Positions 39,103 to 52,802 of a stretch of 64,000 nt of DNA are shown here, piece by piece. The stretch is from Paramecium tetraurelia (taxonomy: Eukaryota). Under the pieces are notes generated by a model. That model was given only the letters and a program-made list of their open reading frames with translations. It was not told where the DNA came from and did no database searches. Numbering within the stretch: position 1 is the first letter of the stretch; the number at the start of each line of letters is the position of its first letter. The stretch spans positions 186,001-250,000 of the forward strand of contig CT868041.1 in NCBI GenBank assembly GCA_000165425.1, read 5' to 3'. A program made the translations under genes and the position numbers.

Positions 39103-39702
39103 ATGCCACAAATATATGATTGCAGATCAACTATTCTCAAACTTGTTCATAAAACAGGATTGCTATCAACTGTCTTTTAATGGAAAGGAAATCATCCAAT
39201 TGTTAATGAGCAAGAAATACAAAAATCCTAATTAATTTTAAATGAATTGAAATCATTGATCCTAGAATTAGAAATAACATTAAAAGAAGAGACTTAAAAT
39301 TAAGTTGTTGAGTTCGTTTTACCTGAAGTAAATACTAAATTCAACTAACTTGAATTTGAAGATTTAAGAAAATAAATAAATGATTGGTGTCATCAAAGAG
39401 ATTGGGAATAATACCATACTCCTAAAAACATAGTTATGGCATTGATAGGTGAGGTTGGAGAACTAAGTGAAATATTTATTGATGGAGAATTTTTACCTGG
39501 ATTACCAGAATTAAACTAACAATAAAAACATCACACAGGTGAAGAAATAGCAGATATTTTACACAATTTAATTCGCCTCTGTGATAGATGCAATATTGAT
39601 ATTGTGACAGCCATACAAATGAAAATTCAGAAGAATTCCATCAAATATCCTATTAATAAGGTAAAAGGTTCAAACTTAAAGTATGATGAATATTAAAAAT
39701 GA
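39103..39702 (+). CDS. DCTPP1: dCTP pyrophosphatase 1-like (all-alpha MazG NTP-PPase) with N-terminal extension
   Basis: RDWEQYHTPKNIVMALIGEVGELSEIF...GEEIADIL..LIRLCDRCNID...KNSIKYP..KVKGSNLKY; intronless, 199 aa. Confidence 0.92.
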
Positions 39703-39764
39703 TTGATATTCATTTTCAATATTGTATTGTTAATAAAATTTTATTGATATAATTAACAGCTTTA

Positions 39765-40698
39765 ATGATCTATTCTCAGCATCCCTATGAATAACCTATA
39801 AAGTAATTTCGAGTATTTATAATTCAGCTACATTCCCTAAGGATATCCCATGTATTATGAGCATTACTAGCCCTACTAACCACCTTTTGAACACTATTAA
39901 ATTCTATCAAATGTGATTCCTATCACAGAGCCCATACAATCAACCATCATATTACCAAAAGAAACAGTAATTGAAAGACATGTCCCAGTATAAAAGCCTA
40001 AATAAGCCCAAATTGAAAATCCTTAAAAAGAAAAAAGGAAGAATTTTTTTAATTTAGATAACAACCCTTATTTGTTCTCCTCGGCTAGAATTAAAAACTA
40101 TTAATAATAGTAACCCACCTAAGGATATCAATAATCTAATGATTTGCACTAAATTTAATTATAAACAAACCGTTTGGAAAGCACTTAAAGAGTTCAAGAA
40201 CCTTAAATTTAATCAGTTTAACAGAAAAATCTAAGAGAATCATAATCAGCAAGAATATTTTATCCACCCCAACCTATTTAATAGCAATCAATTTATCACT
40301 AAATTGATTAGAATCCATAAACTACTTAATATTATCCTACATCAAATATACAATAGTCTAAAATATTAGAATAAAAAGACTATATTATTTAATAATAGAA
40401 GCCTCTTATTAATGAAGAAGTGCCTCCTATATAAACTTAGAGTCTGCATCCTTAATATTAAGCTACAGCACAATTTTAGCAATAATTATCCAAAAGTTTA
40501 TTTGACTAGCCTGGAAGATAATTGAAAGAATCAAAATCTCATATTATTTAATCAACTATTGTAATTTAAAATATAAATTGATAGGAATACAATGCACCAA
40601 AACAAAGACCAGGAATAAATGTGGATTTGAATTTATATAAATCATCAAGTTAAAGCCTTTCACAGTCTAAGTTAAGAAGATCTAAAATTTTTGATTGA
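39765..40698 (+). CDS. Q/P/Y-rich hypothetical protein
   Basis: MIYSQHPYEQPI..., two short introns, ends RRSKIFD-TGA. Confidence 0.7.
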
Positions 40699-41263
40699 CT
40701 ATATAATTAACGATTAATATGTAATTTTTCTAGTTTTTCTATATAACCATAATTAAATTATAGAGAATTTGCCTTAAATATAGTTTAAAAGCAAAGTCTC
40801 ATTATCCTTTTGTTCAAGTAAAATTTTTTATATAAATATTTGAAAAACCTTTTCATTTATAATTGATTTATCTCAAAAATTCTTATCATAAATTAAATTC
40901 ACTTGATGGATATTATTAAGTTTTTTTTAATTTTGTAATCGATTAGTTAACTTAATCAAACTAATAATTAAGACTTTGTTATTCATATTTTATAAACAAA
41001 TTAATTTTAGTTCTTCGGTTAACAATTATTCAAAATGAATTTTAACAAATTAAATTATTTCTCAATCCATTCTTACTTATTACTTTTAAATACTTAGTTC
41101 TTGGTTAAAACTCATTTAGTATTTAAAAATGATATTAATGTAAAGTATGGTTAGGTGTTTATTTTGAACTTTCAAGTTATTTTTAGAATGATGTTTTAAT
41201 AAAAAAATAATATACTTTATAATCCCTTATATTATATGATAAAAATTTATATAGTCAAAATTG

Positions 41264-41686
41264 TCATTCTTCATCGGTCGTTTCTCTATTTAAGGCAAAG
41301 TACTTCCTCATTATTTATTTACTTCTTAAAATAGGCTATCTTGAGTCTTTTATTCTATTTTTGAAGTATTTCTTCTTACTATTCTTGGTTTCGAAGTTCT
41401 AAGGATTGAATTTTTAATGATGTGATCTAGATCTTTATAACAAATACCTGCATTAGCTTGGGGATCTAGTTCCTATAAACTCACTCATTTTCTTAAATAA
41501 TGGTTGTCCTTTCTTGTAAGAGTCACCTCTAGCATTTGATAAAAATTCTAAATATATGGAATGTTCATTGTCGTCCCAATGACCATTTTTTTACTTGATG
41601 CAAAGATTTCCTTCTTATTATTTAGAGATATTTACAGAAGGATTAAGATAATCCTCGCCTTGTAAATCAGAGCCATTGATATTCAT
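41264..41686 (-). CDS. Single-repeat Myb/SANT (SHAQKY-class) DNA-binding protein
   Basis: GHWDDNEHSIYLEFL...FKKMSEFIGTRSPSQCRSHHQKF; one 22-nt intron. Confidence 0.9.
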
Positions 41687-42325
41687 TTCAAATTATATCT
41701 TAAATTAAATTATGTAAATCTAACAATTAATATCTGATTTATATGTCTCATGCTAATAATATGCTACAGAATTGAGAAATATATATCATCTTGACTTATT
41801 TATTACTGAACTTAATTAATTATTACTTTTAGCAGAACTTTTTTTTTCCATTGAATTATTTTAATTTTGATTGGTTCAATAGCTCAAAAAAATATTTGTT
41901 TCTAATAATCAGAGAACTTAAATTATAATAATTATATTGTAGATTTATAACCATCTAAAATGTACTGATTAATTTATATCCACATAATCTAAGTATCCAG
42001 CCTTAAGAATTACTTATTTGAATGTAACGGAACATTTATTAAGGTCACTAATCAAGGAAAAAAAAAATAAATTTCTATCGACCTTTCAAATAATAAATAT
42101 TGACCATAAAAATATTTATTATAGGCTCAAGAGAACCTAAGTATTCAATCAAAAAATTCCTTCTTGGTATTCTCTGGATTGAAACACAAAAAAAACTATC
42201 AAAAAAATATGAACTAACTATTTAGCTCTAATTTCTTTTTTGATAAAAATACCCAAAAATCATCTAATCGAATAAAAACAACTATGATAAAAATTAAAAA
42301 ATTAATAACTAAAAGATTAAAAAAA

Positions 42326-42398
42326 TGCGATTGCCCAGTTTCGAACTGGGGACCTTCAGTGTGTGAGACTGACGTGATAACCACTACACCACAACCGC
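42326..42398 (-). tRNA. tRNA-Val (CAC)
   Basis: GCGGTTGTGGTGTAGTGGTTATCACGTCAGTCTCACACACTGAAGGTCCCCAGTTCGAAACTGGGCAATCGCA: cloverleaf, CAC anticodon, T7 terminator. Confidence 0.96.
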
Positions 42399-42743
42399 CT
42401 TCTAATTTTTATAGCATAGTTCTTCTTAATTTAGGCTATCAAATTTATAAAATTTTTGATTAAAAATCTTTACTCAAGATATATTAACAACCAAAATATA
42501 ATCTAAGAGCAAAATTGACTTTTAACATCTAGAATAGAATTAGATTTAATATGAAGACATTTAATAATTAATAATAGTAGAATTTTATTTCAACCCTTAT
42601 GCTTTTATATAACATTTATTTACGGATTATGTTTATTATGCTTAAATAATCTGTTGGAATTCTCCTAATTATTACCTAAAAATATAATTGAAATATAAGT
42701 GATTATTAATTATATGTGTATATATATATAATAATAATATATT

Positions 42744-43518
42744 TCAATAAAGCTGTTATTACTATTAAGATTAAATCTCTTTCAATTTTGAATCATAATG
42801 CCTTTAAGCATTATTATAGATTTATTAATATTATTATTTCTCCTCCTTTGATCTTTCTTAATCGTGTATAATATATTTGATGATATCACTTGCTCCCTGA
42901 GTATCCCCTTGCTTTGCCTTGTCTTGTCCTTATTTTAAGAGATACAGAATTTGCTTAAAATTAATAAAAGTGCAAAAGTACTTGCTATCCAGGGAAGATG
43001 TGCTCCATATTAGTTAATATCATTATAAGTATCTGTTAGGTAAGATCTGCCTATAATTATTGTTAATTCATTTATTTCATTTATTATTACATCTATCTAA
43101 TGGATAGTCATATAGAAGCTTTACTAGTATTAACTTTATAAATATGGCATTGTGTTTAATTCACCTTCCCCATGTGCAAAAGTACAAGTGGGTCCATTTT
43201 TGCATTGGCCAGTTTATGGATTGAAATGCTTACATAATTATGCTAAATCCATGATCTTGATGATTTACTTTTGTAATTCACAATCATAGGGTTGACCCCT
43301 TGAACCTTATTGAAATTGTTGGCAGGAATAACTTATTCAACAAATCCAGGTTATAAACTGTTGGCTCTAAGTTCCTATGGTCCATGAGCAAACTAACATC
43401 TTAACCCTAAAGCGCAAACCCCATTTGATGCTATATTATGACTCAAACACTTACTAAAATGTCTACAGAGTTGTGTTTTGTACTTTTAATTCGGATACTA
43501 AGTTGCCTATTGGTACAT
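42744..43518 (-). CDS. Tandem CCCH zinc-finger RNA-binding protein (TIS11/TTP-like)
   Basis: KYKTQLCRHFTSNGVCALGLRCQFAHG and YKTQLCKHFNPQTGQCKNGPTCTFAHG. Confidence 0.92.
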
Positions 43519-43723
43519 AATATTAAATAATATCTCAATTAAAAGAAATTAATTTATTCATTCTAATAACAAATGTGATTATTAATTAATTCTTTTCTAT
43601 TTAGAATTCTCCTTCCATTATTCTTAGTGATCAAATATTGGACAATCTATTTATGTTTGACTACAATCTCACTATAAATGTAAATTTATTTTTATTAATA
43701 ATTTCATTATCATTTTGCTATTT

Positions 43724-44095
43724 TCAGCTGGATTTCACTTTGGATCCACCTCTGCAACTTGGAGTGGGGTTAACTTCTGTAGATTACTGCCATTCATTGG
43801 ATGTTTTTGCTGTTATTTAGATTGCATGAATTTTATAATCATTTTTTAGCTATCATAATATATAGTATCAAACATTATCAATTGATTAATAAATAGATCT
43901 ATGTCTTTGTATATGACTTTTATTTTCAAATTCGTTGCTAACAATTGTAATTTTAAAATGAGTTTCCGAACCCTTAGGAACAGAATGAAGATTACTCTCA
44001 TTTATAATACTTAGATGTTAAGGAGTAAAATCTGAAGTGAGCTTTTGTAAGAGAAGGTTTCTGACTGTGCAAAAACTATATTTAATTTAATTCAT
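43724..44095 (-). CDS. BOLA1: BolA family protein (BOLA1-like)
   Basis: PQHLSIINESNLHSVPKGSETHFKITIVSNEF...QRHRSIY...IHAIQITAKT.NEW...PSCRGG. Confidence 0.93.
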
Positions 44096-44254
44096 AAATA
44101 AATAAATAGATTTTCTTGCATAATTAATTATTTTTAATACTTGGCAATTCTTGCATAAGAATATGTTTTCTAGTTTTATAGGTTTGCTTCTAGTTTAACA
44201 CAATGAAAATGAAGTCAAATTATCTCTTATTTTATTATACTTGTGTAATATATA

Positions 44255-44929
44255 TCAGAATCTCAATTTTGAGAACAGGAATCTTGATTGAGCTTTCTTA
44301 TCAGCCAAACTTCCTGCTGGCAATGTTCTATATTTTTCAGCTAAATATTTTCTCAAATTCTTTCTCAAGTCCTTTCTTTTTTCAACATTCTTCAATTCAG
44401 CCTCTTTTACTCTTTCAATTCTATCTCTGACTTCCTTTAAGGTTGACTCTTCTAATCTGTATCTAGAAACAATCAATATTTTTAATACCTTGTTGGCATA
44501 ATGTGATTAAGATTTAATTATTTAATGAAGACTTTCAATGTTGTTCGCTTTCTGATTTACTTTTATCCCATTCTCTTGGTAACTTTTCTTGGATATCTTT
44601 AAATACCAACAACTAAACCATTTGGGAATTTTGCATCCTAAAAAAATCAAAATTTTGATTTACTTTAGTTGATTCTTCATTTGCTTTAATCANNNNNNNN
44701 NNNNNNNNNNNNNNNNNNNNNNNNNNNNNNNNNNNNNNNNNNNNNNNNNNNNNNNNNNNNNNNNNNNNNNNNNNNNNNNNNNNNNNNNNNNNNNNNNNNN
44801 NNNNNNNNNNNNNNNNNNNNNNNNNNNNNNNNNNNNNNNNNNTGGTTCCTGCTTATCTGCCAGCAAGCAAAACTACTAGACGACCTGGTTTCAAGCTAGC
44901 TATATTACTATTGCTTACAATTTTCCCAT
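44255..44929 (-). CDS. RPL27: 60S ribosomal protein eL27 (interrupted by assembly gap)
   Basis: MGKFLKPGRLVVLLAGRQAGT..[N gap]..IKANEESTKDAKFPNGLVVGIQRYPRKVTKRMG...NHIMPTRY...FLFSKLRF. Confidence 0.95.
44693..44842. other. Assembly gap (150 N)
   Basis: Run of n characters. Confidence 1.
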
Positions 44930-45243
44930 TTAAAAATACTAAATAAATCTTTTAATAATTTATTCCAAATTTTTTGTTACTAATAATCTAACTCATTGAT
45001 TGAGTACACATAGAACTTATCAGAATCCAAGTGACAAAAAAACAAAATCATTAATGAACAAATTGATAAGGTTTATTCAATTATAATGATTAAATCCAAT
45101 TCTATCTTATAAAATGTATTAGATGGAATAACCACATGATTAAACCTCATTTAAAATTTTATAGTCTTTTTTTACAAAAGAATGAAAAATAAAGTTTATT
45201 TGATTTATAATATTTTATATTGTACGATAATATCTTGGAATAA

Positions 45244-45860
45244 TCAAAAGACTAGGTCGTGTGGTCTAGTTGTTTTGCCAATGCTGAAACGTGCACCAAG
45301 ATATTGTTTCAAGAGTGGTGTTTTCTTAACAGCTGCAATCAATGCATCATCAATTGATTTTTAAGTCTTTCTTTTACCTTCCAATCTTGTTTTTTCTGCT
45401 GTTTATTATTCAGCTGTGAGCTAAGCATAAAATAGTCACTTTACTTCTCCTCTCTTGGCCCAGAATCCTTATTCATTTTTACGTCTCTAAGCTTATGTTC
45501 TCTTGAAATATAAGTCATCGACTTAGCCAGCATTCACTCCATTGACATCTACTTTAGTGGATGTTGGAATAACATATGCTGAGTTGACTCTCTTAAGTGG
45601 GACACCATTAATTTTGAATGGACCTGTTACAAGCAACAATCCTGATTTAAGCTGCTTTAAGAATACTACTCTCTTTCCTTAGAATCTTCCAGCCAACAAG
45701 ATCAATACTTGTCCTGGTATCAATCTTTCTTAACTTAGCTGGTTTTGGTGCCTTTTTTGATTTTATTTCAAAATACTTTTCTCTTTCTAATGAAATGGAC
45801 ATTTTCATCATCACTCTTGTACCAATTACCAATTCTCACAGTTCTCTTTTTAGCAGGCAT
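45244..45860 (-). CDS. RPL6: 60S ribosomal protein eL6; one extra base near 45724
   Basis: [45 protein letters not shown]...YLGARFSI...PHDLVF. Confidence 0.95.
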
Positions 45861-46362
45861 TGATTATATTTTAATTAATTTTAAATCTAATTTTAAAATT
45901 TAATTATCCTTAATCACTCATCTCTTATACTTATTTATAATACATCAAATATACGAATCCCGTGAGAAGGTAATGATAGCAATAATAGAGTTCAATTCTT
46001 AATTTATATAAAGACTTTAAATATAAAAATATTTTGAACATGCTATTTTTTAATACTAAATTCCATTTAATAAATCAAAAACAATGATTGAGCAATGAAG
46101 GGAATTTTAATTTCAAATAAAATACAACTTAAATTGTTGCAGATAAAATAATTGCAATAATTTTTATTAATAATAGTGAATTTGCTCGAGTCTAATTCTA
46201 TTAATATGGTTAAACTTAAAATAATATTCCAGCATTTAATATCTATTTTTTTTTATTTAATGGATAAGGAGGAGGTATTCAGACTATCCTAAGAATTCTA
46301 TTATATCTATATGTGTGCTTATGTTGCATTTTAATTGAAAATGTATTAATTAAATAAAATAA

Positions 46363-47727
46363 ATGAAAGGATGGTAGAATTAGTATGATATCGCATAAAG
46401 AGTGAATAGAGAGGACGATTATTATGATAGAATAAATGCACTTTGAAAAAAAATGATTATTAAACAACATACTTAGTCTAAAGATCTTCTTGAATATAAA
46501 TTTCCTTAATCTGAATGTTTTAGCTTAGGGTAATTAATTGAGTCATTGGTAAATTGAATGTATTATTTAGAATTACAATTTCATCAAGATCTATAAAGGT
46601 TAGGTTTTAATTATTATATTGGAAATCTTAAAACATCTTTAATAATTACATTAATGTAAAATATCACATGGATAATTAATACCTTAAAACATTGTTATTA
46701 AATTAAAAAATGATAAAAATAATAAATTAACCATCATATAAACTAAATTTACAATACAATAAGTATATTTTATTAATTATAGACTTATTGATGATTGTGA
46801 ATATTAAATAAATTACTAACAAGATGTTCAATAAATAATTGAATGTTTAATTTAAATAATTTAAGTATATTAAGATTAAAAGTGTTAATTATTAATCTTA
46901 ATTTATAATCTATTGAATGAATATAAAAATAATGAAAAAGAAGATGATTTAAAAAAAATGATAGAATTTTTTAATCAATTAATAAATGAGTATTTAATAA
47001 TTTTATTTTAGTTTTGTTGATTAAAAATAGCAAAAACTAAAAAAAGGATCAACTAATTTATCAATCAACTAAAACGATTTAAACACTTAACTTGTTAAAT
47101 ATTAAGAAGGAGATGAATATGGTATGTTGACCAAAAGATGGCGAACGTAAACTGTATTCGAAAACTTTTTAGAAAATTTAAATTCGCAGAGCATTACTTG
47201 TAAATTATAATACACAAAGCATTATTCTGTTTCAGATACTGAGCAATTTTTAGATATTTCTGCATTAACTTAAGATGAATTATAGATATACAATGTTGTT
47301 GAATAAATTATAAAGTAATAAATGATCAAAATAATTTGGAATCAGCTCGGAGCCTTCTTTGAATCTTGGGATGAAGAACTAGATTCTAAATTTAACGCAA
47401 TCCTTAAGGATATTAATAATACGAATAAATTAATTTTGAAAAATCAATTAAGTCTTCTTTTGGAAGAATATAAAAATATTAATTAAATAAACACTCAGAT
47501 TTAAGTAAATATTGAAACAAATTATAAATTTGATATTTAATATGAAGAATAGAAGGCGCAACATATATTCCTTTAAGAATTGAAGGTCTAGGTATCAAAT
47601 TACTCATTCAATGATTTTCAAACCTTTGTTAATACAATCAAATCTAATGTGAAAGTAAGAATTAACAAATTATTACAATCAAATTGTAATGTTAGAGATT
47701 TTAAAATTAATAGTTGATTTAATTTGA
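46363..47727 (+). pseudogene. Kinase-fold-derived lineage-specific gene, copy A (several indels as assembled); left arm of inverted duplication
   Basis: Reverse complement of 53679-55049; MKGWQNQY...ISHGQLIPQNIVI...; extra bases relative to copy B create a TGA near 46444. Confidence 0.7.
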
Positions 47728-47763
47728 TATTTCAAACTAAATAAATATGAATATGTAATATTT

Positions 47764-49739
47764 TCATTATGGAGTCTGTAATACATCGCCTTTAACTGAT
47801 AACTTTTAATCGCTTTTAACATCTTGTAAATTTGCAGATTCTCCATGTGACCCAATATCTAGTTCTTAATGTTCTTTCTTCTCATGATGCTTTTTTGCAC
47901 CATGATGATGACCCTTATTAAAGGAATGTTTTAATATTATTAAATCTAATATTATAGTAACTGAAAAGATGACTAAATTTGCCAGGTTGTAAGACCAGGC
48001 AAAATTAGTTAGATCACTTTCTAGGTTTGTAAAGAAGTAATCGCTAACAGGATCTGAAACACAGTTATTTTCATTGATATCTTTAATTACTAGTCTTTTT
48101 CCATCTATAATAGAGAATGAAACACAAATAACAATAATTTCAGCTATTTATAATGCTATCTTAAAGGCAATTTCAATTATAAATATATAATTATACTAAG
48201 AATCCGGATGAGCTAAATAATAACAGATTATTGTTACTTGTCATACAAGACCAAGCAAAATTGCAGGCAGTCATAGTTCCTACAATATTGAATATAAGAC
48301 CAATAACAATAAAATATGTTATTGTGACTGCCAATTAAACTCTTAATGATACATAAACAAAAAATAATGTACTTCCCTCATGAATCACATCATCAAATAA
48401 TTCTCCTCTACAATTTGGAGCCCAAGGAATATAAGTCTTAGAATGAATGGTCCAATTATATTTTGTATCTATGTTGAAATAAGGCAACTTTTCTTTTAAA
48501 TAAACGACATTATTGGACAAATAAAATTATTCTTCATCTATAGAATGGATTAATTTGAATAAGGGATCAGTATTTTCACATTATTTTCTTCTATCTATCA
48601 TGAGAGGATAGTCGATTCTATTAGGAGAGATATTTTAATTTAAATTCCTCCTACAAACTTTATCACTTTCAGTAGCTCTAAACTCAATAACTGGTAGATT
48701 TGAAGTATTTTTTAAATAATAAAAATAAAACCCTTTTCCTAGATCATAGATATTTCCTTTATTAGTATCATTTAATTTTTGCAAGTTTTTGAAAGTAGAA
48801 TTTGTAGTAAATCCAATTTCTGAAATAGGACAACTCATATCAGGTGGAACACAAAATATATTATCTCCTGTTCCGCATACTGTTTTGTTTTCTGATTCAC
48901 AATAACTCTAATTTGTTTGTAAACTTATCCCAGTCTTTCTTCTTGCACATAAAACAAAGGCTAAAATCTCTAGTTATATAACTTACGTCTTCCATAGGAA
49001 CCATCATTCCAAGAATTAAAAACTTTTGGTTATTATTCATTCACATTATGACATCCTTTTGCCAACATTTCCTAACTGCAAACTCTTCCAAGCATAAACG
49101 ATTGTTTAAAAAACTCCTCTATATTTACAAAATTTTAATCTTATAATAATGAGAAGTTAAATCCTTAGCTACAATCACATCCAATCATTGTTCCTGACCA
49201 GTAATATTCATATAAAGAAGAATACTATATTTTGAAATTATTATTACTTCACTTCCAAATTAACTCTTACAATTTTTATTTGTATAAGTAAATTGAATAT
49301 CATCTATTACATATGAACCCATATTATCCAAAAATTATTTATAATCTCCTTCATACACTGTTTGATCTCTGTAAGATAAAATGCTTAAAGTCAATACAGC
49401 TACGCTAACTATGAAAAAATATGCTTAATATGCCAATCTCACCTTATCAACAGGTTTTTTACGCAACAATCTCTTTAGCCTTCTTGCTGAAATTAATCGT
49501 TCTTTTTTTGCTTATTACTTTCTCTTTTTCACTAAATCCCTTTTCATCAACTTAGGATCTTCATCATGATAAACTTGATTTAACACACTACTCATTGGAT
49601 TAGTTTCACAGTATTTTTAATTTTGCTATTGCCCATCTTGATCAAATATTTGATCATTCACTTTTTCTGGATTTAATTGATATTGTTCTTAATCTGGCAG
49701 ATATTTCTGATTCTCTGTATTCATTTCTTGGGCAGCCAT
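47764..49739 (-). CDS. Membrane protein with cysteine-rich luminal/extracellular domain
   Basis: N-terminal TM after a basic region, YYWSGTMIGCDCS and further Cys motifs, several C-terminal TM segments, short introns. Confidence 0.75.
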
Positions 49740-50128
49740 TTAATAAATTAAATAATATCATAAAAATGAAAGCAAAGATAAGTATTGGTAAAACTGCTAC
49801 TGAATTCTTAATTTAACTTCCATTTTACTTATAGCTAATAAATGTTATTTATAAAGAAGTAAAAGAAGATTATCATTAAAACAAATATTATAAAAGTAAA
49901 GACATCCAAGTACAAAACTATTTCATGAATTATAATGGAAATAAAATATATTCAAAAAATTTAATTTTCCTTTTTAACATCAACATAATAAAATATATAT
50001 ATTTAGTTAATTTTCCTCTAAAATTTATTATTGATCGCAGTCTTTAAGTTAATTCAACTGATGAGCTTGGGCCTATGATTGTTCCTTAAACTATATTAAA
50101 ATTTCATCATTAGATCATTTTTTATTAT

Positions 50129-50167
50129 TAAGTTTTTAAAATACAATAAGTTTTTAAAATACAATAA
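50129..50167. repeat. 18-bp perfect tandem duplication TAAGTTTTTAAAATACAA x2
   Basis: Seen directly in intergenic DNA. Confidence 0.85.
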
Positions 50168-50435
50168 TAATGATTATAATAATTTTGAATTCAATAAAAC
50201 TGAAAATAAATTAATTGTATATATTAGAAGCAAAATTCTATTAATATAAATTTTAAATAAATTATTCTCTATAAATGTGTCTTTTTTTATTATTGTTGTG
50301 TTTGGAATGGCATTTTGATTTTGAAGAATTCTAGCTTTAAAACAGTGTTTCATCTATATTAAGATTTGCAGCATTTAAATGAATCATTATGCACTAAGCT
50401 TTAATAATCAAATAATTAGTATTAATAGTTACAAA

Positions 50436-51526
50436 TCACTTTTATCCCTGCATCCATGATGGCATCAAATTTTTTAATGGTTATCTTCCAAAGATATTCT
50501 CTTCTTCTGGTGTAAACTACCACAGTAGATTTGGCACTTCCTCATTTTTTATTTCCCTCAAATCATTAAAAAATGGATGCATTAAAGCCATAAATGGTTT
50601 AATTCTTTACTACGGTTAATATCTATTGTAATAAAATTGCATCATTACGTAATCATCTTTTTAATCAAATCAACAAATTATGGGTCCGGCTTATATTTAA
50701 GAAAAACTTTTGACCACGGATGTCCTTTAACTTAAGGGAATTTAAAATCTGTATTAGAGACATTGAATTCAGCAATATCAGCTGCTGTAGGTGTCCCCAA
50801 AACCTTCATTATCTCAACTAATTGATCTACTGAACTTTCTCCTGGAAACAGTGGCTCCAGGAGAATAAGCTCAGCGAAAACACAACCCAAAGACCATATA
50901 TCAATGTTTGTTGAATAATCAGTGGCTCCAAATATGAGTTCAGGAGCGCGATAATTTCTGGAACATAAATAAGAAGTGTTAATTTATCCTCCTGAAATGA
51001 TCTTGGATGAACCGAAATCGCAATATTTAACTGTCATTCTATCTATGAGAATATTCTATGGTTTAATATCCCGATGAGCCATTCCTTTTCCATGAATAAA
51101 TGCTAATCCTCGAAGTAACTAATAAGTTATGCATTATAATTCAATTTATGCTAATTGTTTCTTTTGTTTCTTCAAATTCTTGATATAATCTGATAAATTC
51201 TCAGGAATGAACTCCATAACGAAATTTATAAAAACTTCCTCACTTAATTCATATTTAAAATACGTTATACTTTTAACCAACTACATAAAAGGCGTCTTTG
51301 AGAGGTATAATATTTGGGTGATCTCCAAGCAACTTCAAGTTTGCAAGTTCTCTATTTTTATATTTCTTGTCAAGGGGTGCCTTTTTAATTGCAACTCTTT
51401 CACCAGACTCCTAAACCGTTGCTACAAAACTAATATTAATATTAAGATTTTATACACTACAGCAAAGGCTCCTTCTCCAATCCTTTTTTCTACAGCATAG
51501 CTTGAAAGACTCTCGTTATTTTTCAT
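50436..51526 (-). CDS. GSK3/shaggy-like kinase
   Basis: [14 protein letters not shown]...[68 protein letters not shown]. Confidence 0.94.
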
Positions 51527-52802
51527 ATAATTTATATTAAAGGAAAAAGAGAATTTAATAAATATAAATCGCTATTATTATACTATGCTATTATTGTTGA
51601 ACATTATAAATACTTCTTTTTGGATGAAACCACAACTAAAGAAACAGATCAATAAAATATTTGAAATTGAAGGGATATTTACTTGAATGAATGGAAGAAG
51701 AAAAATTATAATTGAATTATAGGGTTGTTTTATATTTAATTACGGTCAATAAATGAAAAAATCAAGGTTTTAGACTTAATAATTAAATAATATGTAAGCT
51801 AGATTAGTAATTAATATTATATCCAGCATATATAATTCACTTTCGATCCGAAATATTTTACACATTATATTAATTTTTATTATGAGATATTATTAAGAAT
51901 TAATAAAAGAACAATTTCTCCTTCTTAATTAATTTAGTATTATTAATGCGCTGCTGCTAAAGGCTTAAGAAAAGAACCCGGTTTTACTCAATAAAACCAT
52001 AAATTAATTATTATAGTCTAATTCAAAACTTTATGGTATTGAAGTAAGACCGTTGTAATTTATTACAGAGAAAGTTGAAAAATAGTTACGAAGGGTTTCA
52101 AGATAGTTGAATTTAACTTAATGGAAGTATTATAGTTACTAAAGAAGCAAATGAAACTCAGGAAATCTTATAATTTGAGAAAAATTTCATGATATCATAA
52201 GTAAAAATAGGAAAAGTCTAATACGCTAAGAATATAGAGCTATTCTCTAAACTTATTAAATGACACAGAAAAATTTTAGATGTACTTGGCCGTAATTAGA
52301 ATTTTAAATAATAATATTTTATTTAGTCGATTTCTTTCAGCGTTCTTTTCATATATTGTTATATAATCAAAATAAACAATATTTATTTTTCTTTTCATAT
52401 GATTTCATTAAAATGGTTAGAAATAATGAAAAAAACCAACTAAGAATAAAAATAATTATCAATAATGTAATATAAAAATGTTAAAAGAATCTTTTGGATT
52501 ATAGAATGAATTTTTTATAAACAAGAAGTATAAAAGAACAATGAAAATTAAATATTAGTATATTTTAAAAATAGAATAATTTTAATCAGATGTATTAAGA
52601 CTATCTGGAATGATATAATTTTTTTTCAAAACATCAAATAATAAATAATTAAATGATCTTTATTGAATAAGAAATATTTAGGAATTGCTAAAAAATGTTC
52701 TAGATATCTTTTCCATAAGAATTAATGTGATGAGAAATATGTAATAATTACAATTAATTTTCATATTCAATAATTAAACGCTTTAAATAACTAAATTAAA
52801 AT

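Noticed and set aside
50129..50167. TA-bounded 18-bp unit as a retained IES
   Set aside because: Shorter than the ~26-bp minimum known for Paramecium IESs and better explained as a slippage duplication.
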